IMG/VR virus record: IMGVR_UViG_3300023049_000574
Location: 64,001 to 128,000 of that record
Strand: one strand, 5' to 3'
DNA from: a virus
Length of the DNA: 64,000 nt
Notes under the pieces: model-generated
Seen by the model: the letters and a program-made list of their open reading frames with translations, nothing else
Told to the model about the DNA's origin: nothing
Databases searched by the model: none
Translations under genes and position numbers: made by a program
In this document: positions 9,177 to 20,700 of the stretch, piece after piece
How positions within the stretch are numbered: position 1 is the stretch's first letter
Layout: the number at the start of each line of letters is the position of its first letter

Positions 9177-11273
9177 ATGAATAATATGAAAGATCAAAAC
9201 TTAGAAATTTCGAATTCATCAGCAACTCCTGATGAAGACAACCCGAATGACGACAACAACAGAGGTGGAAAGGATAATAAGAAACGAAAGGAAAGCACAA
9301 CTCCTGTTTTAGATCAGTTTGGAAGAAATATTTCTGAGATGGTTGAAGATGGTAAAATCGATCCTATCATCGGTAGAGATAAGGAAGTCGAAAGGGTTTC
9401 TCAAATTCTTAGTAGAAAGAAGAAAAACAATCCTATTTTGATAGGTGAACCAGGTACAGGTAAATCTGCAATTGCGGAAGCATTAGCACTTAGAATTTAC
9501 CACAAGAAAGTATCTCGTGCTTTGTTTGATAAGATAATTATCAACTTAGATCTTGGTTCTTTAGTTGCAGGTACTAAATATCGTGGACAATTCGAAGAAA
9601 GAATGAAAGCCGTTATCGATGAATTAACAGCAAATGATCACATCATTTTGTTTATCGATGAAATCCACACTATTGTTGGTGCGGGTGGCACATCAGGTAG
9701 CTTAGATGCTGCTAATATGATTAAGCCTGCTTTAGCAAGGGGTGAGCTACAATGTATTGGTGCAACTACTTTGGACGAGTACAGAGAGAACATCGAAAAA
9801 GATGGCGCACTAGTAAGACGTTTCCAAAAAGTAATGATCGAGCCTACTTCGGAAGAAGACACAATAGAAATTTTACGTTCTATTAAAGAAGTGTATGAAA
9901 ATCACCACAATGTAAATTATACAGATGATGCAATTGATGCTTGTGTTACATTGACTTCTAGATATATTACAGATAGGTTTCTTCCCGACAAGGCTATTGA
10001 TGCAATGGATGAATCAGGTAGCAGAGTGAATATCTCTAATATCGAAGTTCCTGAAAAAATCACAACTTTAGAAGAAAAGATTGCGGAACTTAACGTGGAG
10101 AAGAAAACTGTTATCAAGCAGCAACAATATGAGAAGGCTGCTAAGATCAGAGATATGGAAAGAGAACTCCAAGATGAACTCCAAGTTGCTAAAGATGAAT
10201 GGGAAGATGAAATGAAAAAGAACAAGAAGACAGTAAGTGCTTCTGATGTTGCCGAAGTAGTTTCTATGATAACAGGAATTCCTGTTACTAAAGTTGACTC
10301 CGCAGAGGGTTCTAACTTAGCAAATCTTGATCAAACTATCATTGATAAAGTGATTGGTCAGGACGATGCGGTAAGAAAAGTAGTGAAAGCTATTAAGAGA
10401 AACCGTGCGGGTCTTAAAGATCCAAACAAGCCTGTGGGATCATTTATCTTCTTAGGTGCTTCAGGTGTTGGTAAAACACAGCTTTGTAAAGTTATCGCTG
10501 AGAATATGTTCGAAGGTGTTGAAAGCTTAGTGCGTGTGGATATGAGTGAGTATATGGAAAAATTCTCTGTAAACAAACTTATCGGTTCACCTCCTGGTTA
10601 TGTTGGACACGACGAAGGTGGTAGATTAACAGAAGCAATCAGAAGAAAGCCTTATAGTGTTATACTATTGGATGAAATTGAGAAAGCTCACCCTGACATC
10701 TTTAACTTACTTCTCCAAGTATTGGATGAGGGACACTTAACTGATGGTCTTGGTAGAAAAGTAGATTTCAAAAACACGATTATCATTATGACCTCTAACG
10801 TAGGTGTGAGAAAAATCGCTGATTTTGGTGCAGGTGTTGGTTTCCAAACCACTAGCAGATCTTCTCAAAAAGATAAGAACAACAGAAGTGTTCTTGAAAA
10901 AGAAATGAAGAAGAAGTTTGCTCCTGAGTTCTTAAATCGTGTTGATGACATCATAGTATTCAATAACTTGAAGAAAGAGGATATCAATAAGATTGTAGAA
11001 ATCGAACTTCGTATTCTTGAAAAAAGAATCAACAAATTAGGCTTTGATATCACAGTACGTAAAAAAGCAATTGAATTCATCTCAAATGAAGGATTCAACC
11101 CCGAATATGGTGTTAGACCGCTTAAAAGGGCTATTCAGCGTTATGTTGAAGACCCTATTGCAGAACAAATGGTGGATGATCCATCAGTTCAAAGTGGTAA
11201 GATCACTATAACCCACAACAAGGGAGATGACGAATTGACTGTTACCCTAAAGGGTAAGAAAGTTAATAGCTAA
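9177..11273 (+). CDS. clpC: ClpC-type AAA+ unfoldase lacking the N-terminal Clp repeat domain
   Basis: GEPGTGKS and FIDEIH (D1); UVR middle domain QQYEKAAKIRD; GASGVGKT and LLDEIEKAH (D2); VGF ClpP-docking loop; only about 40 disordered residues before TPVLDQFG. Confidence 0.93.
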   Translation: MNNMKDQNLEISNSSATPDEDNPNDDNNRGGKDNKKRKESTTPVLDQFGRNISEMVEDGKIDPIIGRDKEVERVSQILSRKKKNNPILIGEPGTGKSAIAEALALRIYHKKVSRALFDKIIINLDLGSLVAGTKYRGQFEERMKAVIDELTANDHIILFIDEIHTIVGAGGTSGSLDAANMIKPALARGELQCIGATTLDEYRENIEKDGALVRRFQKVMIEPTSEEDTIEILRSIKEVYENHHNVNYTDDAIDACVTLTSRYITDRFLPDKAIDAMDESGSRVNISNIEVPEKITTLEEKIAELNVEKKTVIKQQQYEKAAKIRDMERELQDELQVAKDEWEDEMKKNKKTVSASDVAEVVSMITGIPVTKVDSAEGSNLANLDQTIIDKVIGQDDAVRKVVKAIKRNRAGLKDPNKPVGSFIFLGASGVGKTQLCKVIAENMFEGVESLVRVDMSEYMEKFSVNKLIGSPPGYVGHDEGGRLTEAIRRKPYSVILLDEIEKAHPDIFNLLLQVLDEGHLTDGLGRKVDFKNTIIIMTSNVGVRKIADFGAGVGFQTTSRSSQKDKNNRSVLEKEMKKKFAPEFLNRVDDIIVFNNLKKEDINKIVEIELRILEKRINKLGFDITVRKKAIEFISNEGFNPEYGVRPLKRAIQRYVEDPIAEQMVDDPSVQSGKITITHNKGDDELTVTLKGKKVNS

Positions 11274-11303
11274 CCCTAGTTGTTTTTAGTTCATGTTGTT
11301 TTT

Positions 11304-11332
11304 AAAGGCACTCCTTCGGGGGTGTCTTTTTT
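11304..11332 (+). terminator. Intrinsic terminator after clpC
   Basis: AAAGGCACTCC-TTCG-GGGGTGTCTTT followed by a T run. Confidence 0.8.
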
Positions 11333-11346
11333 GTTATATATATGAC

Positions 11347-11793
11347 ATGAAATATCTAAAAAACAGAAAAAAAACATTATTAATAAGTGCTTTCCCAGGT
11401 TGTGGTAAATCACATTTTTATAACAACTGTAAACATTTAAAAGTATTAGACTCTGATAGCTCCACTTTTGATAAAGAACACTTCCCACAGAACTACATGG
11501 ATCACATAAGAGATAATATAGACAAAGTTGATATAATACTAATCAGTAGCCATAAAGAAGTTAGAGACGTTTTAAAAGAAAATGAATTTGATTTCACTTT
11601 AGTGTACCCTGATAAAGATATAAAAGAAGAATATATTGGTCGTTACAAAGAGAGAGGAAACGATGATGCTTTTGTTAAACTCTTAGAAAATAATTGGGAT
11701 AATTGGATAAATGAAATAGAATCTGAGGATGGTTACCAAAAGATAGTTTTAAGTAACGGTGAATATTTATCAGATAAAATCGACATCGGCTAA
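11347..11793 (+). CDS. P-loop NTPase/kinase-like protein
   Basis: SAFPGCGKS Walker A; start moved to MKYLKN, downstream of the terminator. Confidence 0.7.
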   Translation: MKYLKNRKKTLLISAFPGCGKSHFYNNCKHLKVLDSDSSTFDKEHFPQNYMDHIRDNIDKVDIILISSHKEVRDVLKENEFDFTLVYPDKDIKEEYIGRYKERGNDDAFVKLLENNWDNWINEIESEDGYQKIVLSNGEYLSDKIDIG

Positions 11794-12147
11794 ACTTATT
11801 TTACTAGGATCTATTTTAGTAGTAACTACCCATTCATACTCTACTGAAACTATTATATCTAGATAGTTAATATCGGTTATATCTACTTTAAGTAATACTT
11901 CATCGTAGTCTTCATCATATTCTTCTTCCCACTCTTCTATTCTCTCACCCATCCATTGCGCTAATGCGCTCTTAACATCCTCTAAAGTTTTAAATAAATA
12001 AACACCTTCTATATCACCTTCTTCGCCATAATCTTTGGGTACTTTTGAGACAAGACCTTCTTCCATAATTTTTTTTAGATTCTTTCTCCTAGTAATATGG
12101 TAGCCATATTTTTTATCACTAGACTCAAATAATTTAATATATTTCAT
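11770..12147 (-). CDS. ADP-ribosyltransferase-fold (Tpt1/KptA-like) protein with MKYIKLFE N-terminus
   Basis: GYHIT...KIMEEGL...GVYLF...VLLKVD...EW...IDPSKI. Confidence 0.55.
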   Translation of the reverse strand: MKYIKLFESSDKKYGYHITRRKNLKKIMEEGLVSKVPKDYGEEGDIEGVYLFKTLEDVKSALAQWMGERIEEWEEEYDEDYDEVLLKVDITDINYLDIIVSVEYEWVVTTKIDPSKISLADVDFI

Positions 12148-12194
12148 ATACTATATATATTAATTTAATATATAAGGTAAATAAATAAAAACCA

Positions 12195-12926
12195 ATGGGG
12201 AGCTATAAAACCTTATTTATATCCGACATACACTTGGGTACAAGCTTAGCACAAGCTGATAAACTTATTGATTTTTTACAAAAAAACACCTTTGAGAAAA
12301 TATATTTAGTGGGTGATATTATAGATATGATCGCTATGAAAAGAAAATTTTATTGGAAAAAGAAACATAATAAATCGATACAAGAACTTCTTAAGTTAAG
12401 CAAGAAATCCGAAGTAGTTTATATTATAGGAAATCATGATATATATTTAGAAAGTTTTGTAAATGAAAAGTTTGGTAATATATTGATAAAGGAAAGGGAT
12501 GTACATATTACAGAAAGGGGAGAAAAGTGTTTAGTAATACATGGACATCAGTTTGATGGAGCAATAATGACTTACACGTGGTTATATTTAATCGGATCTA
12601 AAGCATATGATATTTCTATATACCTGAGTAACTTAGTTACAAAAATAAGAAGACTGCTAGGGTTAAGCCATTGGTCACTCTCTATGTATTTAAAAGCAAA
12701 GACTAAAAGTGCTATAAAGTTTATTAACAATTTTGAATATATTGTAGCCGAATACGCATTAGAACAAGGTGTTGATACGGTTATAGCAGGACATATCCAC
12801 ATGAAAGAAGACAAAGTATTTAAACTCGATAAAGAGGTTAGATATCTAAATTGTGGTTGTTTCACCGAGTTCACTTCTTGTGTTATCGAAACCTTAGATG
12901 GGGAGCTAAGATTAATAGACGTATGA
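12195..12926 (+). CDS. Metallophosphoesterase, UDP-2,3-diacylglucosamine hydrolase-like
   Basis: SDIHLG, GDIID, GNHD, HGHQFD, GHIH. Confidence 0.85.
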   Translation: MGSYKTLFISDIHLGTSLAQADKLIDFLQKNTFEKIYLVGDIIDMIAMKRKFYWKKKHNKSIQELLKLSKKSEVVYIIGNHDIYLESFVNEKFGNILIKERDVHITERGEKCLVIHGHQFDGAIMTYTWLYLIGSKAYDISIYLSNLVTKIRRLLGLSHWSLSMYLKAKTKSAIKFINNFEYIVAEYALEQGVDTVIAGHIHMKEDKVFKLDKEVRYLNCGCFTEFTSCVIETLDGELRLIDV

Positions 12927-13789
12927 AAACACTATTAATAATACAAGGAGAGGGAAGGGGTCATATATCACAAGCAATAGCTTATTGTGATAAATACGAT
13001 ATAGAAGTCAGTAAGGTAATTATATCTGATCAGAGAGAGATACCTAATGAGTTTTTGGATAAATTCAACAATGTTGATATAATAAAGCTGACTTCACTTA
13101 ATTTTCAATACGAAAGGGGTAAGGTAAGTTTAAGTAAGACTATAATATATAATATAAAGATCTTTCCTATATATCTTAAAAGTTTATATAGGACATATAA
13201 AGAAATGAAAGGGATGGATTTTGTTTTAAATTTCTATGAAATATTATCAATTGTTTCTATTTTCAGAAGAGTTAAGAAACATAGTATATCAAATCAATAT
13301 TTAATATTTCATTTACTATGGGAAAAAGAAATAACTTTATTTTTCTTACTAGTGTATTTTTGGACATATTTAACCAAATTCGGCTCAGAAATAATGATAG
13401 CTCCTTGTTTTAAATATTTACCTAGTTATAAAGATTTACAAGTAACTAAACCACTTATCAACAAAGATGTTGAGAAACTAAGACCAAACAAAGGGAATAG
13501 AATATTAGTTTATTTATTCGATAAGAACTTAATTGAGAAGTTTGTTGATCAAATAGACCCAAAAGAAGAATATGACTTATTTATAGAATCAACTGATTAT
13601 GGATTTCCACCCAATGTAGAAGTATATGATCTGAGTAGAAAATATTTCTTAAATAAATTAGAAAGTTGTAAGAAAGTGATTTGTTCAGGTGGTTTCCAAT
13701 TAATATCAGAAGCTAAGTATTTAAACAAAGAGGTAGAAGTTATACCACTTCATTATGAACAAAGGATGAATCAATTGAATTTAGGTTAA
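12923..13789 (+). CDS. GT-B glycosyltransferase (MJ1255/GT28-like)
   Basis: QGEGRGHISQA; C-terminal SGGFQLISEA...P..YEQRMN; ATGA overlap with the upstream gene. Confidence 0.75.
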   Translation: MKTLLIIQGEGRGHISQAIAYCDKYDIEVSKVIISDQREIPNEFLDKFNNVDIIKLTSLNFQYERGKVSLSKTIIYNIKIFPIYLKSLYRTYKEMKGMDFVLNFYEILSIVSIFRRVKKHSISNQYLIFHLLWEKEITLFFLLVYFWTYLTKFGSEIMIAPCFKYLPSYKDLQVTKPLINKDVEKLRPNKGNRILVYLFDKNLIEKFVDQIDPKEEYDLFIESTDYGFPPNVEVYDLSRKYFLNKLESCKKVICSGGFQLISEAKYLNKEVEVIPLHYEQRMNQLNLG

Positions 13790-14421
13790 TAAAAATCATA
13801 ACTATCAGCATCTCCATAAATAGTATCCCCATTAACATAGTCATCTTCACCAATGCCTAATTTTTTCTTTATATTCACGAAATCTACATAATCTTTATCT
13901 CTTTTATAAGATAGTTTATATTTTAAAGTATCATAATAATGGGTATGTAAAATACCATCTATTTCGATAGATTTCTTAATTTGGAATATATCCAACTTTT
14001 TCTTTTTGTGTTTAACTTTAATTCTCTTTTCTACGTTATCGTCTTTTTGGTCATAGTCATCGCTATTCCCATGAACAATATTATCATTTCTAATAATCCC
14101 GCTTTCTTTAGCAATATCAAGTTTGTGAATGACATCAACATCACCTGAGGGTCTATCTAATAATCCATATATTCTTAAAACATGACTACTTGTTACGACA
14201 ATCCCATCTTTAGATAGTTCTCTTAAATATATAATTTCTTTTTCGGGAAGTCTGTTAATATCAGCTTTGATATCATCATCATAAAAGATCCTTATTTTAA
14301 GATCTCTCAAAAATGCTTTTAGATCGGTGTCTGTATATTTTTTGACATTCTTTGGTTTTGGTATATGTTCAACCAATTTACCAAATATATAATCTATAGA
14401 CTTTATTAAAAATTTATTCAT
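13786..14421 (-). CDS. Putative nucleotidyltransferase-like protein
   Basis: TSS...LRIYG..DRPSGDVDV; K...RDKD..D. Confidence 0.5.
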   Translation of the reverse strand: MNKFLIKSIDYIFGKLVEHIPKPKNVKKYTDTDLKAFLRDLKIRIFYDDDIKADINRLPEKEIIYLRELSKDGIVVTSSHVLRIYGLLDRPSGDVDVIHKLDIAKESGIIRNDNIVHGNSDDYDQKDDNVEKRIKVKHKKKKLDIFQIKKSIEIDGILHTHYYDTLKYKLSYKRDKDYVDFVNIKKKLGIGEDDYVNGDTIYGDADSYDFY

Positions 14422-14483
14422 AATACAAACTTAATAGAAAATAACTACTTTTTATATATAGTGTAACAAAAAAGTTTTAAGAC

Positions 14484-17400
14484 ATGCAAAATTCGTTTAT
14501 ATCCATATCTGAACAGATCGTAAATTACAATAATAATGTATTAGATCTGCTTTCACAATTAAATTCTGTTTTCGTTTCATCCAATGAAAGTGTACAAGTA
14601 AATTTCACTGATGAAAACAGAAACTTAGCAACATATGATGTTCCATCTTGGGGATATCTACAAAGAGAGATCCAAAGAATGAACACTAATATAAATACTC
14701 TTTTCGCAATAGATGAAAATGGCGCAGAAATACAAACTGCTGAAAACGTATGGAGAAAGATAGTATTAGTAGATTTAAACGAAGAGCCAAATCAAATCCA
14801 ATCATTAGATAATATCAACGTATTTGAATCAAGAAGAAATCACTTTTTTGATGCTTTATTAAATCCTAGTTTAACCATAAGACTTGACTTAACGGATAAA
14901 GTTCAGTCTAATGTAAGACAAGTTTTAGTAAGAAGATACATAGTAAATTTTGACAAAAATCCTGATGGGTCTTTTACTAACAACGGACAAGTGGGATTAG
15001 ATAGTTTTAATTCTCAATTCAGAGGACAGAATGATATAAACTTTGGGGATTTCTTAGAGTGGTATGAAACTACGCCAGGTGTGAGTAACCCAACTACTCC
15101 ATATTTTGATCAAGAAACGTTTGATTTAGATCCTAACCAACCTTTATATGATGGTATATTCACAGTATTCAATACACAAGAAGATACTATTAACAAAAAA
15201 CTTTTCTATGTTTTCAACACAATCAATTATACGATTACGACAACAGGTGAAGAAAGGGAATTAGTAGTGGGTGATAGGCTTGTAATTAATCGTGAAAAGA
15301 CAAATACTATTTATGAAATTGACGAAGTATCTAAAGCAGATACTAATCCAAAATTAGTTCTTAGAAGAATCCAAGGTAATGAAATAGTGCCTATCGGTGA
15401 GGGAACGATGAAGGCTTACGGTCCTAGCACGGAGACAAAAACATTAAACGTTACAATTGGATATAATGAAAGAAACGTAATTTTTGTTAAACCTATTAAT
15501 GCTGAAAGTTATGTAATAGCTAAAAATTGGTCATCAGGTGTAGGATACTATACCAATGATCTTAATTTAAGTAGTAATAATAGTGATAATGGTAAGACAA
15601 TGGATGAATACTATACTAATAAAGTTAGTGATTATGGACTTGCTATTAAGGATTTAGTTCAAACTAAAACACCATTAGAACTTGGTAGGTTACCAAACAG
15701 AACCGTCTTATTAACAGACAACTTTAAGGTAGTTCAGATCAACAAACATTTAACAAACAATTTAGATAAAAAAGAAATAACTAATAGATTCAATCAAATG
15801 AACACTCTTAAAAATGAGTTAAACCAAATTGATAAATCAATAAGTAATAAAATGACAAAAATGAGGGTCGCTACTTTCAAATCAGATAACGAAAGAAGAA
15901 CTGCTGAAAGAGAGTTGAATGACTTAACTCAGAGAAAATCAAATAAATCGGAATTACTAAGAAGCACATCAAACGAGATCATAACATTAAGTAATGATCC
16001 AAATAGTTTAACAAAGGCTGCTCCTAAATTTAGAGTTAGGGGGTTTTGGGATATTCCTGAACCTAGATTAGTTAGAGGAACTAGACCACAGGAAGTAGTA
16101 CAATTCAAGATACAATATAGATATCTATCTTTAGCAGGTGAGGAAAGTGCTATTGAAACTTTCAAATTACAAAATGCTGATGGAACAGATGCGAATAATG
16201 CGGTTTTCTCAAATTGGGTAACAGTATTTTCTGATGTTAGAGAGAGGGTATTTAATGAAGATACGGGAATATACGAATGGCAGATTCAGGACGTTAGCGA
16301 AGCTGATACTCCTAATATCAACCAATTAGATATACCTATACAAAGTAGCGAAAGAGTAGAGATAAGAGTTAAGTCTTTATCAGAAGTAGGGTATCCTGAG
16401 AATCCACTAGAAAGTGATTGGAGTGAGATATTTACGATTGACTTTCCTGAGGATTTATCTTCGGTAGCAGGTCAAGATGACTTCATATTAAAAGAAGCAG
16501 ATAAACAAGATACTATAGTTCAACTAAGAAGCCAACTTGGTAATGTAGATGAACATTTAAATGATCAAACAACTGTTAATGATACTACTTATTGGCATAG
16601 TACTGATACTATATTAGCACTTATACCTGATGGTAGTGGAAACCAACAATCATTATTGAATTATTTGACTGCTCTTCAAGATAGATTAACATCATTAGAA
16701 GAACAATTAAATAGAACGAGAGGTATACTTCAAGTATATGTATACAGAGGTGATGAAGCTTTCTTAGTTAAAAACGATACAGAAGTTCAATTTAATGTTG
16801 AGTGTGAAGATTACTTAGATAAATATGATGAGGATAGTACGGTTACGGGTAGAGTATATAGAAACAATGTTTATACAATTAAAGATTTCTATGTAGAGAT
16901 ACAAAACGCATCGTCATCTTCTCCGTTGGGATTACTTAGTGATAAGACATATAACACAAACAATCCTACTGTATATAACCAAAATTCACCACAGATATTT
17001 TGGGTAAATGATAGAGATGAGTTAATATTTAACACAAGTACGGGTGCTACTAGAACACAATTAGATTTCCAATACACGTGGTCAGTGAATACTGATAGCG
17101 GTAACAACAGTAACAATTCTACTAAATTAGCAGAAAATATAGGAAATCAATTTACGATAGATAGTTCTAATTCGATTACTAGTGTATTAGCATCGACTGA
17201 ATATAACATTGGATATAGTGAAAACACAATATTAGAATTTAACAATAACAATAATTCATTATTAGATCTTAATAAGTGGGTAGATGATTCACCTACTGTG
17301 AATAGTGCATCTAAGCTTCTTACGTCTGTTCACCCAAGTGTACAGAATTTAGAGGATATTGTAGAAAATAATAGCGATAAAGTTAGAACCTTTAATGCGG

Positions 17401-17702
17401 GAGATAGTTTAATATTACCTCTTAATATTTACTTTAAAATGAATGCTTTAGATCCTAACGATGGTACAGGTAAAGATTATACTTATGTAGATTTAAATAA
17501 CTTATCTACAACAACAAGACATATTAAGAGAGTTAAAATTTTATTAGAAAATGAGGCTGAAAATAAACCTTTTATATTCAGAATTCGATTCACTATTAAT
17601 AGAAATAAAGTAGTAGTTCAAAAACTTGGACAGAATAATCAGTTGAGTCAGGTGAGTCAGTTTACATTCAGACCCTTTAATCCTGGTGCGGGTGGACAAT
17701 AA
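14484..17702 (+). CDS. Large putative virion structural protein
   Basis: 1072 aa, Asn/Thr-rich with coiled-coil segments; TATATA motif upstream. Confidence 0.55.
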   Translation: MQNSFISISEQIVNYNNNVLDLLSQLNSVFVSSNESVQVNFTDENRNLATYDVPSWGYLQREIQRMNTNINTLFAIDENGAEIQTAENVWRKIVLVDLNEEPNQIQSLDNINVFESRRNHFFDALLNPSLTIRLDLTDKVQSNVRQVLVRRYIVNFDKNPDGSFTNNGQVGLDSFNSQFRGQNDINFGDFLEWYETTPGVSNPTTPYFDQETFDLDPNQPLYDGIFTVFNTQEDTINKKLFYVFNTINYTITTTGEERELVVGDRLVINREKTNTIYEIDEVSKADTNPKLVLRRIQGNEIVPIGEGTMKAYGPSTETKTLNVTIGYNERNVIFVKPINAESYVIAKNWSSGVGYYTNDLNLSSNNSDNGKTMDEYYTNKVSDYGLAIKDLVQTKTPLELGRLPNRTVLLTDNFKVVQINKHLTNNLDKKEITNRFNQMNTLKNELNQIDKSISNKMTKMRVATFKSDNERRTAERELNDLTQRKSNKSELLRSTSNEIITLSNDPNSLTKAAPKFRVRGFWDIPEPRLVRGTRPQEVVQFKIQYRYLSLAGEESAIETFKLQNADGTDANNAVFSNWVTVFSDVRERVFNEDTGIYEWQIQDVSEADTPNINQLDIPIQSSERVEIRVKSLSEVGYPENPLESDWSEIFTIDFPEDLSSVAGQDDFILKEADKQDTIVQLRSQLGNVDEHLNDQTTVNDTTYWHSTDTILALIPDGSGNQQSLLNYLTALQDRLTSLEEQLNRTRGILQVYVYRGDEAFLVKNDTEVQFNVECEDYLDKYDEDSTVTGRVYRNNVYTIKDFYVEIQNASSSSPLGLLSDKTYNTNNPTVYNQNSPQIFWVNDRDELIFNTSTGATRTQLDFQYTWSVNTDSGNNSNNSTKLAENIGNQFTIDSSNSITSVLASTEYNIGYSENTILEFNNNNNSLLDLNKWVDDSPTVNSASKLLTSVHPSVQNLEDIVENNSDKVRTFNAGDSLILPLNIYFKMNALDPNDGTGKDYTYVDLNNLSTTTRHIKRVKILLENEAENKPFIFRIRFTINRNKVVVQKLGQNNQLSQVSQFTFRPFNPGAGGQ

Positions 17703-17724
17703 ATTAAAAAAAAGATTCTAATTA

Positions 17725-20700
17725 ATGAATAGTTTTACATTATTAAAAACAAATCCTAAATTAACTACGAACGTAAAGGTCATTTATAGTGATGATAAAG
17801 TGTATCTACAATCTTTTGAGGTATTACCCGAACTATCTGAGAGAAAGTATACTAAAAGGGTAGTAACACAAAACAGTGATATAAATAGTCAAATAGGTAA
17901 ATTTTGGCAGAATACACCAAAAGAGATAGCCTATTTCAATTTTGATGAATTAGATTTTGATGTTTCTTATAACACATATGATAAACAGATAGATGATACT
18001 TACATCAGTGGGGCATCTAGAATTAATAACTATGAAGAAGAGTTCGAATATTTCGCTCCTGTTCATATTTATAAAAATGATATACCTTGTAACTTTATTA
18101 TTTTCAGAGCAGACGGAGCAGGTGTACTTGATCTAAATACTCAAAACTTTAGACAAAATGTTCTTAATAAGATGAAGGTTGTTAGAAATTTTAATCTTAA
18201 ATCTGATAATAAGTTAGGTAAAATGATCACCAATACTTATTTAGGTAATGATGATTTACCAAATAGTGGGATATCGATTAACTTTAACCAAACGGAATTC
18301 ACATATTGGAATGGTATAGACTATGAAACAGGTGAATACACATCTAAGGGGAAGATATTAGATGATAACTTCGATAAAGAATTAACTTTCACACAGGGGT
18401 TTGATTTATTAACAGGAAATTTTGAAGAAGAGGGAGTAATATATCCTTTCATATTAAATATGAGCTTCTTATTCGATGATAAACCTGCTAGTCCTGAGGG
18501 TCTTAACACATGGTCAATAAATAGGTATTATGGATTTTATGGTGATCTAGAAAACGTAACAAGCATATCTCCTTATATGCCTCCTGCGTTAAAAGAAGGA
18601 CTTAAGTTAGATAGGAATAATATATTTACATTAAGTGGCGCAAGAGTTAACCCATTTAAAAGAGAATTTAAAGATGGTAAAACATATTATGTAGAATACA
18701 AAAATGATTTTTACTTAGTAGAGAAAATAGAAGATGGGTATAAAGTAATATCTGATGTGGCTTTACCTACGGATGTTGACAGTAACTTCAACTTAAACAC
18801 AATAACTTTCTTAGATAATAATGTAATTAAATACCAAAATGGGAATAATTATACATTAGATGAAGATTCTGACGTATTAATAATCGATATTGATGGTGTT
18901 TGTCATAGGTTTTTAAAAGATGGTGATAATTGGAGAGTTCTTTCAGATTATAAGTTTGAGATAAATAATAACATATTCAAATATTTTGTAAACAGAGGCG
19001 ACCCATCACAAACTACAATTCTTAATTTAAATGAGGTAACTAAAGACAATCCCCCAAAATCATTTAAGGTATGTAAATTTAATTTTAAGGAAGTAAAAAA
19101 CTTTGATCTAGATATATTAGATACGGAGTACTCTAAATTTGAATATGAGTTTAGTTCATTTATTACGAAGAGCGAAGAACCTAAGTTATATGAAGACGAT
19201 AACCTATTCAGTGGTTATGAAAAACCTATAGAAAAGTATATCTACAATAAAGAAGTTATCTCTATTCCTGTTGCTAATGAATATTTAGCTACTTCTGAAT
19301 TATTTGAATTGATCCAAAAAGGACAAAGACCAAATAAGTTTTGGGATAAGAATTCAGATATAGTAAAATGGGGTATAGAAAGTAGTGTGGGTAATAATGA
19401 TTATCCTTATATGTTTAATATAAACCAAAAGGGTGATGATTATAATAGAGTAGCTAACACAGATAATAGCATACCTAGTAGAGTAGACAGAAATTTAGAT
19501 TATTTCTATACATTAGCAAGTAGTGATTATAATTTTGGATACAATAATAATGTAATACATCAATCATTATCTATTATTAATGAAAACGATTTTAAAATAG
19601 ATAAATATTTTAACAGGAACTATGCTTCTAATTACTTTGATGAAATATTCTCAGGAGAGGAAACATATAATAATGTTATATCTAAGAGTAAGAAATTTTC
19701 TAACTTCTTACCTAGTGAGGAAAGTAACCCTAATAAAACTTGGTTTAAAGGATTAGAGTTTAGTATTTATAACGTAGATCAAATAGAAAAAGATAATAAT
19801 ACTATATTAAAGATGAATGTAAGTTCTTCTAATAGTTTCGAAAACTATAAGTTTTCTGTGTTATTATCCGCTAGATCAAATAATATAGAAAATGATTTTG
19901 CGCCAACAAATACATCCTCGAATTGGGTATTGATAAGAAATTGGGAAAGGAATACGACTTATTTCACAGGTAGTATAGTTCTATTTGATGGAACTAAATT
20001 TAAAGACAGTGATGGTCAGTATGGATTTCCAGGATATGTAGGAACAAGCTCTACTACGGGAACAGTAGATCCACAAGAATATGTTTACCCTAATGGTGAA
20101 ACAGAAACTTTAACAATAGACAGTGAAACATATGCGTTAACAGAAATATCACCAACAGGACCGAACAACGGTAATGCTGAACTCTTTATATGTACAGCTA
20201 CTACCTCGGTAATAAGTCCATTTGGAAACCCTGTTGATAGTACGGATTGGACAATATATCCACCTATTAGTTATAGATCTATTTATTATAGAAAAAATAC
20301 ATCATATTTGGCATTTGATTCATCTATTACTTATAATAGTTTAATAGATAGACCTGCCCTTAATTTTAACTATTTATCTTATTTCGTTTTATATAAAGGA
20401 CAATATTATAAAAGCGTTAGGGAACAAGGAAGCGCAGATAATATAACACCCGAAACAGTAGTTATAAGTGAATTAGACGGAAACCAAATAGTATATTGGG
20501 AGCAGGTAGAACAATATAATACGACTAAGAACTATATAGAAAATGAGATCGTTAGTTTAGATAGAGATTTATATTATTTTGATTCCGATACAGAGGAACT
20601 ATCATTAATATTTACTCTAAAACCATCGGTTGATACTTTATATAGTAGATATAATGTAGTAAGATTCAATGATGATTATTACACTAATTTAATAGATGGG

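Noticed and set aside
9638-11098. Several minus-strand ORFs inside clpC, and similar ones inside other genes
   Set aside because: Ser/Phe/Ile-rich antisense shadows of well-supported genes.
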